Source: Acutalibacteraceae bacterium | Lineage (GTDB): Bacteria > Bacillota > Clostridia > Oscillospirales > Acutalibacteraceae | NCBI GenBank assembly: GCA_051881075.1 | Contig: JBJEPE010000033.1 | Coordinates: 746-64,745 of the forward strand | DNA: 64,000 bases | Direction of reading: 5' to 3' | Part shown: positions 20,621-30,300 of the stretch, piece by piece | How positions within the stretch are numbered: position 1 is the stretch's first letter | How the letters are laid out: every line of letters starts with the position of its first letter | The notes under the pieces: generated by a model | The model's input: the letters and a program-made list of their open reading frames with translations, nothing else | What the model was told of the DNA's origin: nothing | Databases searched by the model: none | Position numbers and translations under genes: made by a program

Positions 20621-20830
20621 TTACAGCTTAAAGTCATCGGAGCTGTATTTGCCGAGTGCCGCAGTATTAAAGGGAACACGCATAAGCGGGTCGTAATTAA
20701 ATTTGCGGCATTTGCCGTTTTTTATTTTCTTTTTCAGCCTGCATTCTATGTCTTTGCCTGTTTTGATGCTGTTGCGGCAATAGCTGCATGATTGCTCTAT
20801 ATCACTATTAAAAAGTTTATTTCTACTCAT
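20621..20830 (-). CDS. Small Cys-rich basic protein (69 aa), function unknown
   Basis: MSRNKLFNSDIEQSCSYCRNS...ECRLKKKIKNGKCRKF. Cys pattern CxxC...C...C. GGAG lies 9 nt upstream of ATG at 20830. Confidence 0.5.
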   Translation of the reverse strand: MSRNKLFNSDIEQSCSYCRNSIKTGKDIECRLKKKIKNGKCRKFNYDPLMRVPFNTAALGKYSSDDFKL

Positions 20831-21008
20831 ATACAAAACTCCGATTCTGACAAAATAAGCCGAGAGTGAATTTTCAGACATTTAGTCGAAGTGCCATATC
20901 TCGATTATAAGGCTATTTTATCACAAATTGGCGAATAAGTAAAGTAGAAAGATTTATTTTATTCATATTAATGTCGAACATATAAAAACAATTAAAGGAG
21001 TACTTAAA

Positions 21009-21839
21009 ATGGAATTTAACAGTAAAAAAATGAAACTGAACGAAAAAGACGGGGTATATTACCTGACGCATAATAATTTATCGCAGATAGATTTTATAAA
21101 TCACGCATTTTCAACTAAGCTGGGCGGTGTCAGTAAGGGAGAATACGCCACTATGAACCTTGCGTTTGGCCGTGGCGATGATAAAGAAAATGTAACTCAG
21201 AATTATAGATTGTTTTCTCAGGCTGCGGGTTTTGATTTCGATACGCTTGTTTCGTCTAAGCAAGATCACCACACCGTTATAAGGCGTGTAACAAAAAAGG
21301 ATTGCGGTATAGGAATATGGCGTGAGCATGATATGCCAAGCGTAGACGGTCTTATCACTAATGAAAAGGGAGTTACTCTGGTAACACACTATGCGGATTG
21401 CACACCTATATTCTTTGTAGATACGGCTAAAAGAGCTATAGGTGCGGCACATGGAGGTTGGCGCGGTACCGTATCAGGTATAGCTGAAATAACCGTAAAA
21501 CGCATGACTGAGGAATTTGGCACAGTACCCGGCGACCTTGTTTGTGCTATCGGCCCGGCCATATCACGCTGTTGTTATGAGGTAGATGAGCCTGTTTTCA
21601 ATCAGTTTAATGCGCTTACTTTTCTTGATAGAGATAAATTTATATCAGAAAAGGGAAACGGCAAATATATCATAGACCTACTTGAGGTAAACAGGCAATT
21701 TTTAATTAAAGCCGGTGTAAAGCCGGAAAATATCTCTGTAGGCGATGTATGCACCAAGTGCAACAGTGATTTGCTTTTTTCTCACAGAGCCACAGCGGGC
21801 AAACGTGGCGGCATGGTTGCCATGCTTGCGCTTAAATAA
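21009..21839 (+). CDS. pgeF: Peptidoglycan editing factor PgeF / YfiH (DUF152, laccase-domain) protein
   Basis: HGGWRGT, CCYEV and FSHR motifs; 276 aa. Confidence 0.85.
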   Translation: MEFNSKKMKLNEKDGVYYLTHNNLSQIDFINHAFSTKLGGVSKGEYATMNLAFGRGDDKENVTQNYRLFSQAAGFDFDTLVSSKQDHHTVIRRVTKKDCGIGIWREHDMPSVDGLITNEKGVTLVTHYADCTPIFFVDTAKRAIGAAHGGWRGTVSGIAEITVKRMTEEFGTVPGDLVCAIGPAISRCCYEVDEPVFNQFNALTFLDRDKFISEKGNGKYIIDLLEVNRQFLIKAGVKPENISVGDVCTKCNSDLLFSHRATAGKRGGMVAMLALK

Positions 21840-22089
21840 TGTTATCTAAGTCTGACTGTTGTTCGATGAACCAACGGTTTTCTTCCAAGAACAAATAAAG
21901 CTCTTTGCCAAGTACTCTACAGGTGTAACGTATTCCTGCTCCGCCTGCCTTGAGTGATGCGGCATGGCGAACATCAAGTACCCTGTCTACTGCCGCTTTT
22001 ATATCATCATCAAGGCGAATTTTAAGTGGTGTAATGTTACCGTCCGTATCAAACTTGGCTATGACTTCAACATACTTTTTAATATACAT
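21832..22089 (-). CDS. Small conserved hypothetical protein (85 aa) co-transcribed with dinB
   Basis: TAGGAGG SD, 31 nt downstream of the dinB stop. No recognisable motif. Confidence 0.55.
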   Translation of the reverse strand: MYIKKYVEVIAKFDTDGNITPLKIRLDDDIKAAVDRVLDVRHAASLKAGGAGIRYTCRVLGKELYLFLEENRWFIEQQSDLDNII

Positions 22090-22120
22090 AAATTCAGCCT
22101 CCTAAACTTTTGTGTGAAAA

Positions 22121-23362
22121 TTAAAAATAACCGATGGGATGAATTACATGATCTACCTTTGGGTCAAATCCCGAAAGCTCGGTATCAAGTAGGGCAGAGG
22201 CAGGAAAAACCCCGTTACTGCCAAACCTGTTTTTTATACCGTCAAGTGCCCTGTCTAAGTCCTCTAATCGCATACGCTTTTTAAAGTTGTCAAATATACA
22301 CAGTTGGCTGTTGTCCAGTCCGTCATTAAGCATAGAGAGCGATATGCCTATACTTCTTATCGGTATGTTAAAGTTGTAATTTTTATCAAATAGCTCCATT
22401 GCCGTATTGAATATCTCAGATGTAATATTGGTACTGCGTTCAAGTGCCTGCTGTCTGGTAAATGAACACAATTTATTATCACGCACGCTTATGCTAACGC
22501 ATCTACAGTACATACCTATCTCTCTTAAACGTCTTGCAACGCTGTCTGCAAGCACCTGAAAAACTATCTTTACATCTTCACGGTTTTTCAAATCTCTTGG
22601 GCAGGTGGTAGAGTTACCTATAGATTTCACGCTGTCGTCAGACCCATAAACACTTACGGGCGAGGTATCCTGACCGTTTGCAAAGCAATACAGCATTTCT
22701 CCCCACTTACCTAAGTTATTGCTTAATATATTTATCGGTGTACGGGCGATATCTCCTATAGTATATATCCCCATTGCAAGCAATTTTTTTTTGGTAGAAC
22801 GCCCTACGTATAACAGATTATCACAGGGCAGATTCCATACCAAATCTTTATAATTATCGGGTGAAAATTCAGTTATTGCGTCAGGCTTTCTGTAGTCACT
22901 GCCAAGCTTAGCGAATATTTTATTAAAGCTTACGCCTATGCTTACGGTAATACCAAGCTCCTCACGCACACGTTTGTTTATTTCGTTGGCTACGCTTACT
23001 CCTCCGCTTGATGTTTTAGCAAAATCCGTCACATCAAGCCAGGCCTCATCCAGTCCGAACGGTTCTACTCTGTCGGTGTATTCAAGATATATGCTGCGTG
23101 CTAATTTTGAAAATCTTTTATACTGATCAAAGTGCGGTTCTACGGTTACAAGATCGGGGCATTTCTGTTTAGCCTGCCATATGGTTTCGCCTGTTTTTAC
23201 ACCGTACTTTTTAGCATTTTCATTTTTAGCCAATATTATTCCGTGTCTGTCGTCTGCATTACCGCTTACCGCTACAGGTTTACTGCGTATCTGCGGATTA
23301 TGCAGACATTCTACAGAAGCATAAAAAGAGTTGCAGTCACTATGCAATATCACTCTGGACAT
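22121..23362 (-). CDS. dinB: Y-family DNA polymerase IV
   Basis: The N-terminus ILHSDCNSFYASVE carries the catalytic D..F.ASVE motif. It also has SIDEAWLDV-like LDEAWLDV. 413 aa. Confidence 0.9.
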   Translation of the reverse strand: MSRVILHSDCNSFYASVECLHNPQIRSKPVAVSGNADDRHGIILAKNENAKKYGVKTGETIWQAKQKCPDLVTVEPHFDQYKRFSKLARSIYLEYTDRVEPFGLDEAWLDVTDFAKTSSGGVSVANEINKRVREELGITVSIGVSFNKIFAKLGSDYRKPDAITEFSPDNYKDLVWNLPCDNLLYVGRSTKKKLLAMGIYTIGDIARTPINILSNNLGKWGEMLYCFANGQDTSPVSVYGSDDSVKSIGNSTTCPRDLKNREDVKIVFQVLADSVARRLREIGMYCRCVSISVRDNKLCSFTRQQALERSTNITSEIFNTAMELFDKNYNFNIPIRSIGISLSMLNDGLDNSQLCIFDNFKKRMRLEDLDRALDGIKNRFGSNGVFPASALLDTELSGFDPKVDHVIHPIGYF

Positions 23363-23375
23363 TTCAATTCCTCCA

Positions 23376-23423
23376 CGAACATTTGTTTGACTATATTATA
23401 AAACAAACGTTCGATAATTTCAA
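23376..23423 (-). promoter_or_regulatory. SOS promoter of dinB with two LexA (Cheo-type) boxes
   Basis: Read on the minus strand, the promoter is TTGAAA (23423-23418), a 17-nt spacer, then TATAAT (23400-23395). Box 2, CGAACGTTTGTTTT (23413-23400), fills the spacer. Box 1, CGAACATTTGTTTG on the plus strand (23376-23389), lies between the -10 and the SD. Both fit CGAAC-N4-GTTYG. Confidence 0.7.
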
Positions 23424-23652
23424 TAGTTTTTCTGAAATTACCATATTTTTAGCTTAAATTAATTCTATAAATATTATTTGATACATTTATAATTATAAAA
23501 TACTCGGGATACAAGCGGATGATTTAAAAAAATGATACCATAAATAATCTTATCAAAATGCAATAAAGCACTTTAAAAAAGCATAAATATGTGATACAAT
23601 AATGAAGATATCCGTTAAAGGATACATTTAAACAAATATAAGGAGGATAAAT

Positions 23653-24507
23653 ATGATAACAAATCATTTAGCAAGCATAGCTGACGATATATCTATCAGT
23701 TATGTGGAGCGTTGGATACAAGCGGTAATTGATTGGACAATAGCTTTTTTGCCTAAGCTTGTTTCGGGATTACTGGTTTTCGTGATAGGCTGGTGGTTAT
23801 CTTCTGTAGCTGCCAAGTTTATCTTGAAGGCGATGAAGCGCACTCATGCAGACGAAACCGTTATGATGTTTCTTAACTCAATAATTAAGAATGTCTTTCG
23901 TGTAATAATCATCATTTCTGCTATGGGGCAGCTTGGTATAAACGTAACATCTATAATTACCGCATTAGGTGCAGCGACAGTTGCGGTTGGTCTTGCCTTA
24001 CAGTCTACAATGTCTAACGTAGCCAGCGGAACATTGATAATACTGAATAAGCCATTTAAGGTAGGCGACTTTTTAAGCTTCGGCGGATTGCAGGGAACTG
24101 TTACTAAAATAGAAATGATGAATACATATCTAAAATCAGCCGATAACAAAGAGATAATCATACCTAACTCAAAGCTTACGGCAGACAGTATTGTAAACTA
24201 TTCGTCACTCGGTATGCGCAGACTTGACCTTAAATTCTCTATAGGATATAATGACGATATAGAAAAGGCTAAGTCGGTACTGCTTAAGGTAATAGCAAGA
24301 AATTCTCTTGCACTTAAGGACCCTGAGCCTACAATAGGTGTAAGCAGTCATGCCGAAAGCAGTGTGGTTATAGATGTCCTTGTATGGTGCAAGTGTGAAA
24401 ATTACTTTCCGCTCTTCTACTCAATGCAGGAGGAAGTTAAGAAGGAATTTGACAAGAACGGCATAACCATTCCTTACAATCAGCTTTGTGTACATATCGA
24501 AAAGTAA
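23653..24507 (+). CDS. mscS: MscS-family small-conductance mechanosensitive channel
   Basis: 284 aa with three N-terminal TM helices followed by the MscS beta domain pattern (PFKVGDFLSFGGLQGTVTKIEMMNTYL). Confidence 0.85.
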   Translation: MITNHLASIADDISISYVERWIQAVIDWTIAFLPKLVSGLLVFVIGWWLSSVAAKFILKAMKRTHADETVMMFLNSIIKNVFRVIIIISAMGQLGINVTSIITALGAATVAVGLALQSTMSNVASGTLIILNKPFKVGDFLSFGGLQGTVTKIEMMNTYLKSADNKEIIIPNSKLTADSIVNYSSLGMRRLDLKFSIGYNDDIEKAKSVLLKVIARNSLALKDPEPTIGVSSHAESSVVIDVLVWCKCENYFPLFYSMQEEVKKEFDKNGITIPYNQLCVHIEK

Positions 24508-24597
24508 TCTTAATTTTATAAGTAAAAAACACCGCAGATGAGTTTACCTGAATTGTAAACCATTCTGTGGTGTTTTATTTTACACTGATTTTATTTA

Positions 24598-25608
24598 TCA
24601 TTGATTACGTTGATTTGATGCCATACGCTTGATTTGCCTTACATCCTTGCCTAAAAATTCTATACGCAGGTTATTGCCCATTATACGTGATACAAAACGT
24701 TCGGAGTAATTTTTTTCTATTTCCTTTATAGATAAGTTTGTGCTTATTATCGTAGGCCTACCTGCCATTAAACGTGTGTTTATCAGGTTATATATTGTTG
24801 CGGATGAATATGATGTCGCAAACTCAGTACCAAGATCATCTAATATGAGAAGGTCACAGTTAAAAAGGTGCTGTAATGCGGATTCTTCATCAATATCGTT
24901 TTTATTATATGAAAAATGCTCTTTCTCCAGTTTTGCCAGTATATTCGGAGCAGACGCATAGATAACGCCAAAGCCCTTGTCTACTACCTCACGTGCTATA
25001 GCAAGAGAAAGATGTGTTTTACCCAGCCCGGTTGCACCCTGAAAGAGTAAATTAGGTGATTGCAGTGAAAACTCCGCCGCATATTTCTTGCAGAAATTGA
25101 GTATATCCTCCATACGTTTTCTAGGTGCAGGTGCGCCCTCACGCATAGGTACATTGGAGTAATATTCAAGAGAAAAGCTGTGGAATGAGCATAGTGAAAG
25201 GGGAGAGAGCCGGTTAAGCTCTTCATATGCCTTTTCACGCAGAAGCTGTTTCATACAGTCGCACATTTTGCCGTCTATATAGCCTCTGTCCTTACACTTT
25301 GGGCAATAATACTTTTCGTCCAGATAGTCAGGTGCAAATCCACCGCTTATAAGTAAGGATTTAAGTTCGGTCTGTAAGGCTAAGTTCTTATCTCTCAGCT
25401 TAGATAATTCCTCCTTAACATTCTTGCCGCCGAGTACGGCTCTGCCTGCACGTATGGCAGACTTTGAAAGCTCAGTTTCTATCTCATAAGCGCGGGGAAA
25501 TGCCGAGTAAACCTCACTGCGCCTTTTTTCAAGGGAATTTTCAGAATCAAATTTTCTTTGTTCAAGGGTGCGCTGTGCAGAGTTATATATTTCTTTGCTG
25601 TAACCCAT
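24598..25608 (-). CDS. DnaC/DnaI-like helicase loader ATPase
   Basis: Walker A GATGLGKTHLSLAIA, Walker B LLILDDLGTE, and an N-terminal Cys cluster CPKCKDRGYIDGKMCDC. Confidence 0.8.
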   Translation of the reverse strand: MGYSKEIYNSAQRTLEQRKFDSENSLEKRRSEVYSAFPRAYEIETELSKSAIRAGRAVLGGKNVKEELSKLRDKNLALQTELKSLLISGGFAPDYLDEKYYCPKCKDRGYIDGKMCDCMKQLLREKAYEELNRLSPLSLCSFHSFSLEYYSNVPMREGAPAPRKRMEDILNFCKKYAAEFSLQSPNLLFQGATGLGKTHLSLAIAREVVDKGFGVIYASAPNILAKLEKEHFSYNKNDIDEESALQHLFNCDLLILDDLGTEFATSYSSATIYNLINTRLMAGRPTIISTNLSIKEIEKNYSERFVSRIMGNNLRIEFLGKDVRQIKRMASNQRNQ

Positions 25609-25626
25609 AAAAAAGACCTCCGTCTG

Positions 25627-26679
25627 TTAGTCAAAGATACTTGTGTTTTCGTATTCGCTTATATCGTATGACGGTGAGCGTTTATCGTCTGTTTCGGTAT
25701 AATTGTGTTTTGCTGACGGCTTCACGTCACGCTTTACCTGTTCAACGGTAACAATACCGCTTGCGTGCCAACGCTTGATAATGCCGTCTATGTAGCTTAA
25801 TTTATATTCGCCTTTAGTATCAAGGCAACGCTCGTATGCCTCACGTATAACGTCGGTAGGTAAGTGCCATTCATTCAGCCATCTGTTGGCACATTCTATT
25901 TGCGTCTTTGTAGGTGAGCCTACAGTCTTTAGACCGAATATATCCTTTACAATATTCCATGCACGGTTATTCTCCGTTATGCGTCTGATTTTTTCCTCTG
26001 CCGCCTCTATGGATTTTATGCCTTCGTTTGCCCAGTCTATCGCCATTTTTTCTATATATCTCATACCGTGCTTTTCGCCCACGGCATAGTTTAAAAGCAT
26101 GAGTATTACATCAGTCGGCAAACCGTCATCATCGTGCATCATAAGCAGAACTGCACTGTCACCGCTTGATATCGGTCTGCCGAATATGACCTCCGCCTCT
26201 TGCATTAATAATGCTATCTCAGGGTCATCGTTTATTCTTTGTGCTACAAACCTTGTATCGGGGCGTTGCGGCCTTGATAACTGCCTTACAGGTTTAGTTT
26301 CAGGCGGCTTTTGAGTATTTTCCGCATATGTGCCGGTTTGATTTGGGATATGGGGGGCAGGAGCTTTTTGTTCGGCTCTTTGACTTGTATCAGAGGCGGA
26401 TATACTGCCCATATTCTCGGCAACCGGTGCAAGAGTATCATTACTTTCCGCCAACAATCCTGTTTCTATCCAATATTGCATGGCATCATTTACATCTGCA
26501 GGATGCATATTAAGTGCGGAGGATATAGTGTCAACAGAAAAACTTTCTCCTGCATGACGCAGTATCCACAATAGCACCTTTAATTGCGCTGAGCCTGCCA
26601 GCTTTATATGTTTATCTACAATTACGCTTGGTACTGCAAATACAGAACTCCAATTACCTAAATTTATATTAATGCTCAT
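25627..26679 (-). CDS. DnaD-domain replication initiation/primosome protein (DnaB_2 type)
   Basis: An N-terminal winged-helix region, a Pro/Gln-rich linker, and a C-terminal DnaD repeat (IEKMAIDWANEGIKSIE...). The start is moved to ATG at 26679, which has an AGGTGA SD. Confidence 0.7.
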   Translation of the reverse strand: MSININLGNWSSVFAVPSVIVDKHIKLAGSAQLKVLLWILRHAGESFSVDTISSALNMHPADVNDAMQYWIETGLLAESNDTLAPVAENMGSISASDTSQRAEQKAPAPHIPNQTGTYAENTQKPPETKPVRQLSRPQRPDTRFVAQRINDDPEIALLMQEAEVIFGRPISSGDSAVLLMMHDDDGLPTDVILMLLNYAVGEKHGMRYIEKMAIDWANEGIKSIEAAEEKIRRITENNRAWNIVKDIFGLKTVGSPTKTQIECANRWLNEWHLPTDVIREAYERCLDTKGEYKLSYIDGIIKRWHASGIVTVEQVKRDVKPSAKHNYTETDDKRSPSYDISEYENTSIFD

Positions 26680-26891
26680 TCTATCACCTGTGCTTAATAA
26701 ATACTGTGCTGACATCAGCATAGCGATATTGAATTAATTATAACACATTCCACTGAAAGATACTATACCAAAAATGAAACAATTTTTAAATTTTATCTAT
26801 GATTTAGCGATAATAAGTAAAAATAAGTGGTATTATACATCCGTAAATTGCTTATTATTCTGATTTAGCAAAATAAAGTTTAGATAAAGTC

Positions 26892-26920
26892 TTGACATTA
26901 TCTCAAAACAGGTATATAAT
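26892..26920 (+). promoter_or_regulatory. Consensus sigma-70/SigA promoter for tRNA-Gly
   Basis: TTGACA (26892-26897), 17 nt, then TATAAT (26915-26920). Confidence 0.8.
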
Positions 26921-26937
26921 TGTAACACATTCAAGAT

Positions 26938-27013
26938 GCGGATGTAGCTCATCTGGTAGAGCGCCACCTTGCCAAGGTGGAGGTAGCGGGTTCGAGCCCC
27001 GTCATCCGCTCCA
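26938..27013 (+). tRNA. tRNA-Gly (GCC)
   Basis: GCGGATG acceptor, anticodon stem CCACC/GGTGG with loop TTGCCAA, T arm GCGGGTTCGAGCCCCGT, and encoded CCA. Confidence 0.93.
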
Positions 27014-27045
27014 AAGGACTTGCTTCGGCAAGTCCTTTTTATTTT
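27014..27045 (+). terminator. Rho-independent terminator
   Basis: AAGGACTTGC-TTCG-GCAAGTCCTT followed by TTTTATTTT. Confidence 0.85.
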
Positions 27046-27381
27046 AAAAAATTTTTGAATATATCGGTGATAATACGCTATTTTTGTTCTATGATCATCC
27101 TCAAAATTTTTTCAATATGAACATATTTGTAATAACTATCAAATCGGTAAAAAATATCGATTTAAAGTTTAGAAATAATAACAAAATCTGCTAAATCGGT
27201 AGCGTTACCGATATGTTGTAAAGTTGCACAATAATGAATTGAAAAAATTGGATAATCATACAAAAAACAAAAATTATATCTATAAAATACCATGTTTTTA
27301 TTGACATTCGACATTATATGTTATAAATTTATTATGTGGTATGAGGTTTTATATATCAATAAAAGAGTGGAGGTTTTTAAA

Positions 27382-30300
27382 ATGAAAAGACAGACAAAAA
27401 GGCTTGTCAGTCTGTTTACGGTCGCCGCTATGATGATTTCTCTTTTAGCGTCCTCCGTTGGCACCGTTTCCGCAAAAACTACCGGAAACTATGCCGTAAA
27501 GCAGACTGAAGAAAGCACATACGATTTCGGTTTACCTGAAAATTCCAAGGGTGGAATTATACTTCACGCATGGAACTGGTATTTTAATGATGTAACCGAG
27601 CGTATGGAAGAAATAGCACGTGCAGGCTATAAGACGGTACAGATATCACCGGTACAGCTAAGTAAAGAGGACGGAGAATACCTTGATACTACTAACAACT
27701 GGTGGAAGCTCTACCAGCCGCTTAACTTTGAGGTAGGCAATTTCCTCGGTACAAAAAAGGAATTTCAGGCATTATGTGAAGAAGCACATAAGTACGGTAT
27801 CAATATCATAATTGATGTCGTTACAAACCACATGGCAGGCGGCGACAGCGGCATAAACGGCAACTGCTCGGACGAGATTGACCTTATGGTAAGAGTAGAC
27901 GGCGAGGATGTAAACATTATAAACGTTGCCGATGCTTGGCACGATAAGGATAAGGTTAATTCCGATGAGGCCAGAGAAGATATGGTACAGGGCTCAATAG
28001 GTATGCCTGACCTTAACACATCCTCTGAGTTGGTGCAAGAGCTTGTACAGGGCTTACTTAAGGAATGTGTTGATTTAGGTGCCGACGGCTTCCGTTATGA
28101 CGCACTTAAGCACATTGAAACAGACACAGAAATCGAGAATAACTTAAGAAGCACATTCTGGCAGAATACAGCAGGCTATATTGCAGACTATGCAAGTGAA
28201 ACCTACGGTAAAGAGCTATATCAATACGGTGAGGTTATAGCTCCTGTTTATCCTTCAGTAAGCGATTCTGCTTTGAATAAGAGCAACAATAAGATAATCC
28301 TTGACGGTTATCTTAAGTATTTAGACGGCCTTACAGACGTTGCATCTGCATATTGGCTCCGTGAAGATATAATGCTCGGAAAGATCAATCAGCTTTATGC
28401 TAACGGTGACGGATGCGGTACATACTGCGGTATAAAGTGGCAAGGCTTTACAAATGTATCTGACCTTGTAATGTGGGTAGAATCTCACGATACATACGCT
28501 GAGGATACTGCTCAAAGCGGTGACGGATATCTCTCTACAAAGCCGCTTTCAGAGAATGACATCAAGCTTGGCTGGGCTATGACGAATTCCAGAAAAGAAG
28601 TAACAACATTGTTCTTTGCTCGTCCTATAGCATTTTCAAGCGCACAGTCTTCATACTTTGGTGCAGACGGTGTAACAGAGTTGTACCTTGATGATGACAT
28701 TACAGCTATAAACCATTTCCATAATTATTTTGCAAGCTACGCTAATGAGAATGTAACGGGTGCATTGGACGGTACTGTATATTCTGTTGAGCGTAAAAAT
28801 ACCGATACTAATGTTTCCGGTATAGTAATAACAAATATCGGCACAAGCTCTACTAAGGCTTCTGTTACCCTTGCAAGCGGTACAAAGTTTGCAAACGGTA
28901 CATATACCGATATCATTTCCGGCAATAGCTTTACTGTTTCTAGCGGTAAAGTAACAGGTACATTACCTGCTAAGTCATTTGCAATACTCTACAGCAATAA
29001 CACTGACCCTGTTCCTGCAATGCCTGAGGTTACAATCTCACAAGAGGGCGGACAGTTCACAGGCACACTTGAGTTATCACTCGGTCTTAACAATGCTGTT
29101 TCCGGTACATATAAGATCGGCGACGGCGCAGCACAGGAAATTACAGAAGATCAGGTAATCACTATAGGTGAGGATGTTGAGGCAGGCGAGTTTGTTGCTG
29201 TTACACTTACCGCAACAGGCGAAACCGATACAATAGAGAAAACCTATATATTCACTAAGCTTGCCGATTTGGTAGAAGAAGAAAAGGTAGTTTATTTCAT
29301 TTACACAGGCAAGAAGAGCGATCTTCCGTCAAAGGTTACTTTTTCCTTTGATAACATAATCAAGCATATTGGCGAAGACAGCATACAGGATGTTGACGGA
29401 ACAATAGTTGAAATAAACGGTGCAACCGAGATTTCTGCAACCGAAAATCTTGTAGATTACGGATTTGATCTTGGAATTAACTATGTTCAGCAGAAATACG
29501 GCTCAGATGAATATTTCAGAATATTCAAGGCTGCTATTCCAAGCGGTTATGAGTACGGTAGGGTTCACTTTACTATAGGTACTAAGAGAATACCTGCTGA
29601 GAACATGGTACTTAAAGAGGGTTCAACCGTTAAATATAACGTAGTAGACTTTAACCTTTACAATAAACCAATGGTTTGTTTCGACTTCAGAAAGGGTTAT
29701 GAAACAGAGTCTTATCCGTACGATGAGGATATGCCATACACAGAGGACTATAACCTCGTTATAAAGAACAGCTATGCTGCTAATATTAACGGTATGGGCG
29801 GATATATCACAAACGACTATACATACGATGAACTCGATACCTCAGTATTCGGTACAAAGGTTGATTACAATACTAACAGAAAGCAGTTCCTTTTAGGATC
29901 TGTTATCAGATCAACAGCTAAAGAAAATTCTAATATCTTTGATGGCTGGTATGATGTTTCCGGCGATGAACCAAAGCTTATTACAACAAGCAAGAGCATT
30001 ATATTACCTGTATATCAGGATATGGAGATTGAAGCAAGATACACTATTGATATAAACAATGACGGCAAGCTCAATCTTTTAGACGCTTACATTATCCTCA
30101 TGGGCGGTCTTACAGATGAGCAAGTAGCGGCGGCTGACTTTAATAAGGACGGACAAGCAACTGTTGCCGATGTAAGCATATTACTTTCATACCTCACAGG
30201 TAAGATATCAAGCGTTAATTCTTCTAGCTATAGCTTTAGTGCTACAGCAGGAGAAAACGGCACAATAAGCGGTACAGCCAACGGTACTTACGATAAGAAT

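Noticed and set aside
24598-27013. DnaD-like plus DnaC-like genes next to tRNA-Gly as a prophage or ICE remnant
   Set aside because: There is no integrase, recombinase, repressor or structural gene, and no direct repeat of the tRNA 3' end that I could see. This gene pair is also the normal chromosomal helicase-loading module in many Clostridia.
27292-27381. 30-aa N-terminal extension of the amylase ORF (MFLLTFDIICYKF...)
   Set aside because: The extension has no SD, is AT-rich, and overlaps a likely promoter (TTGACA at 27301). The internal Met at 27382 starts a canonical signal peptide preceded by GGAGG.
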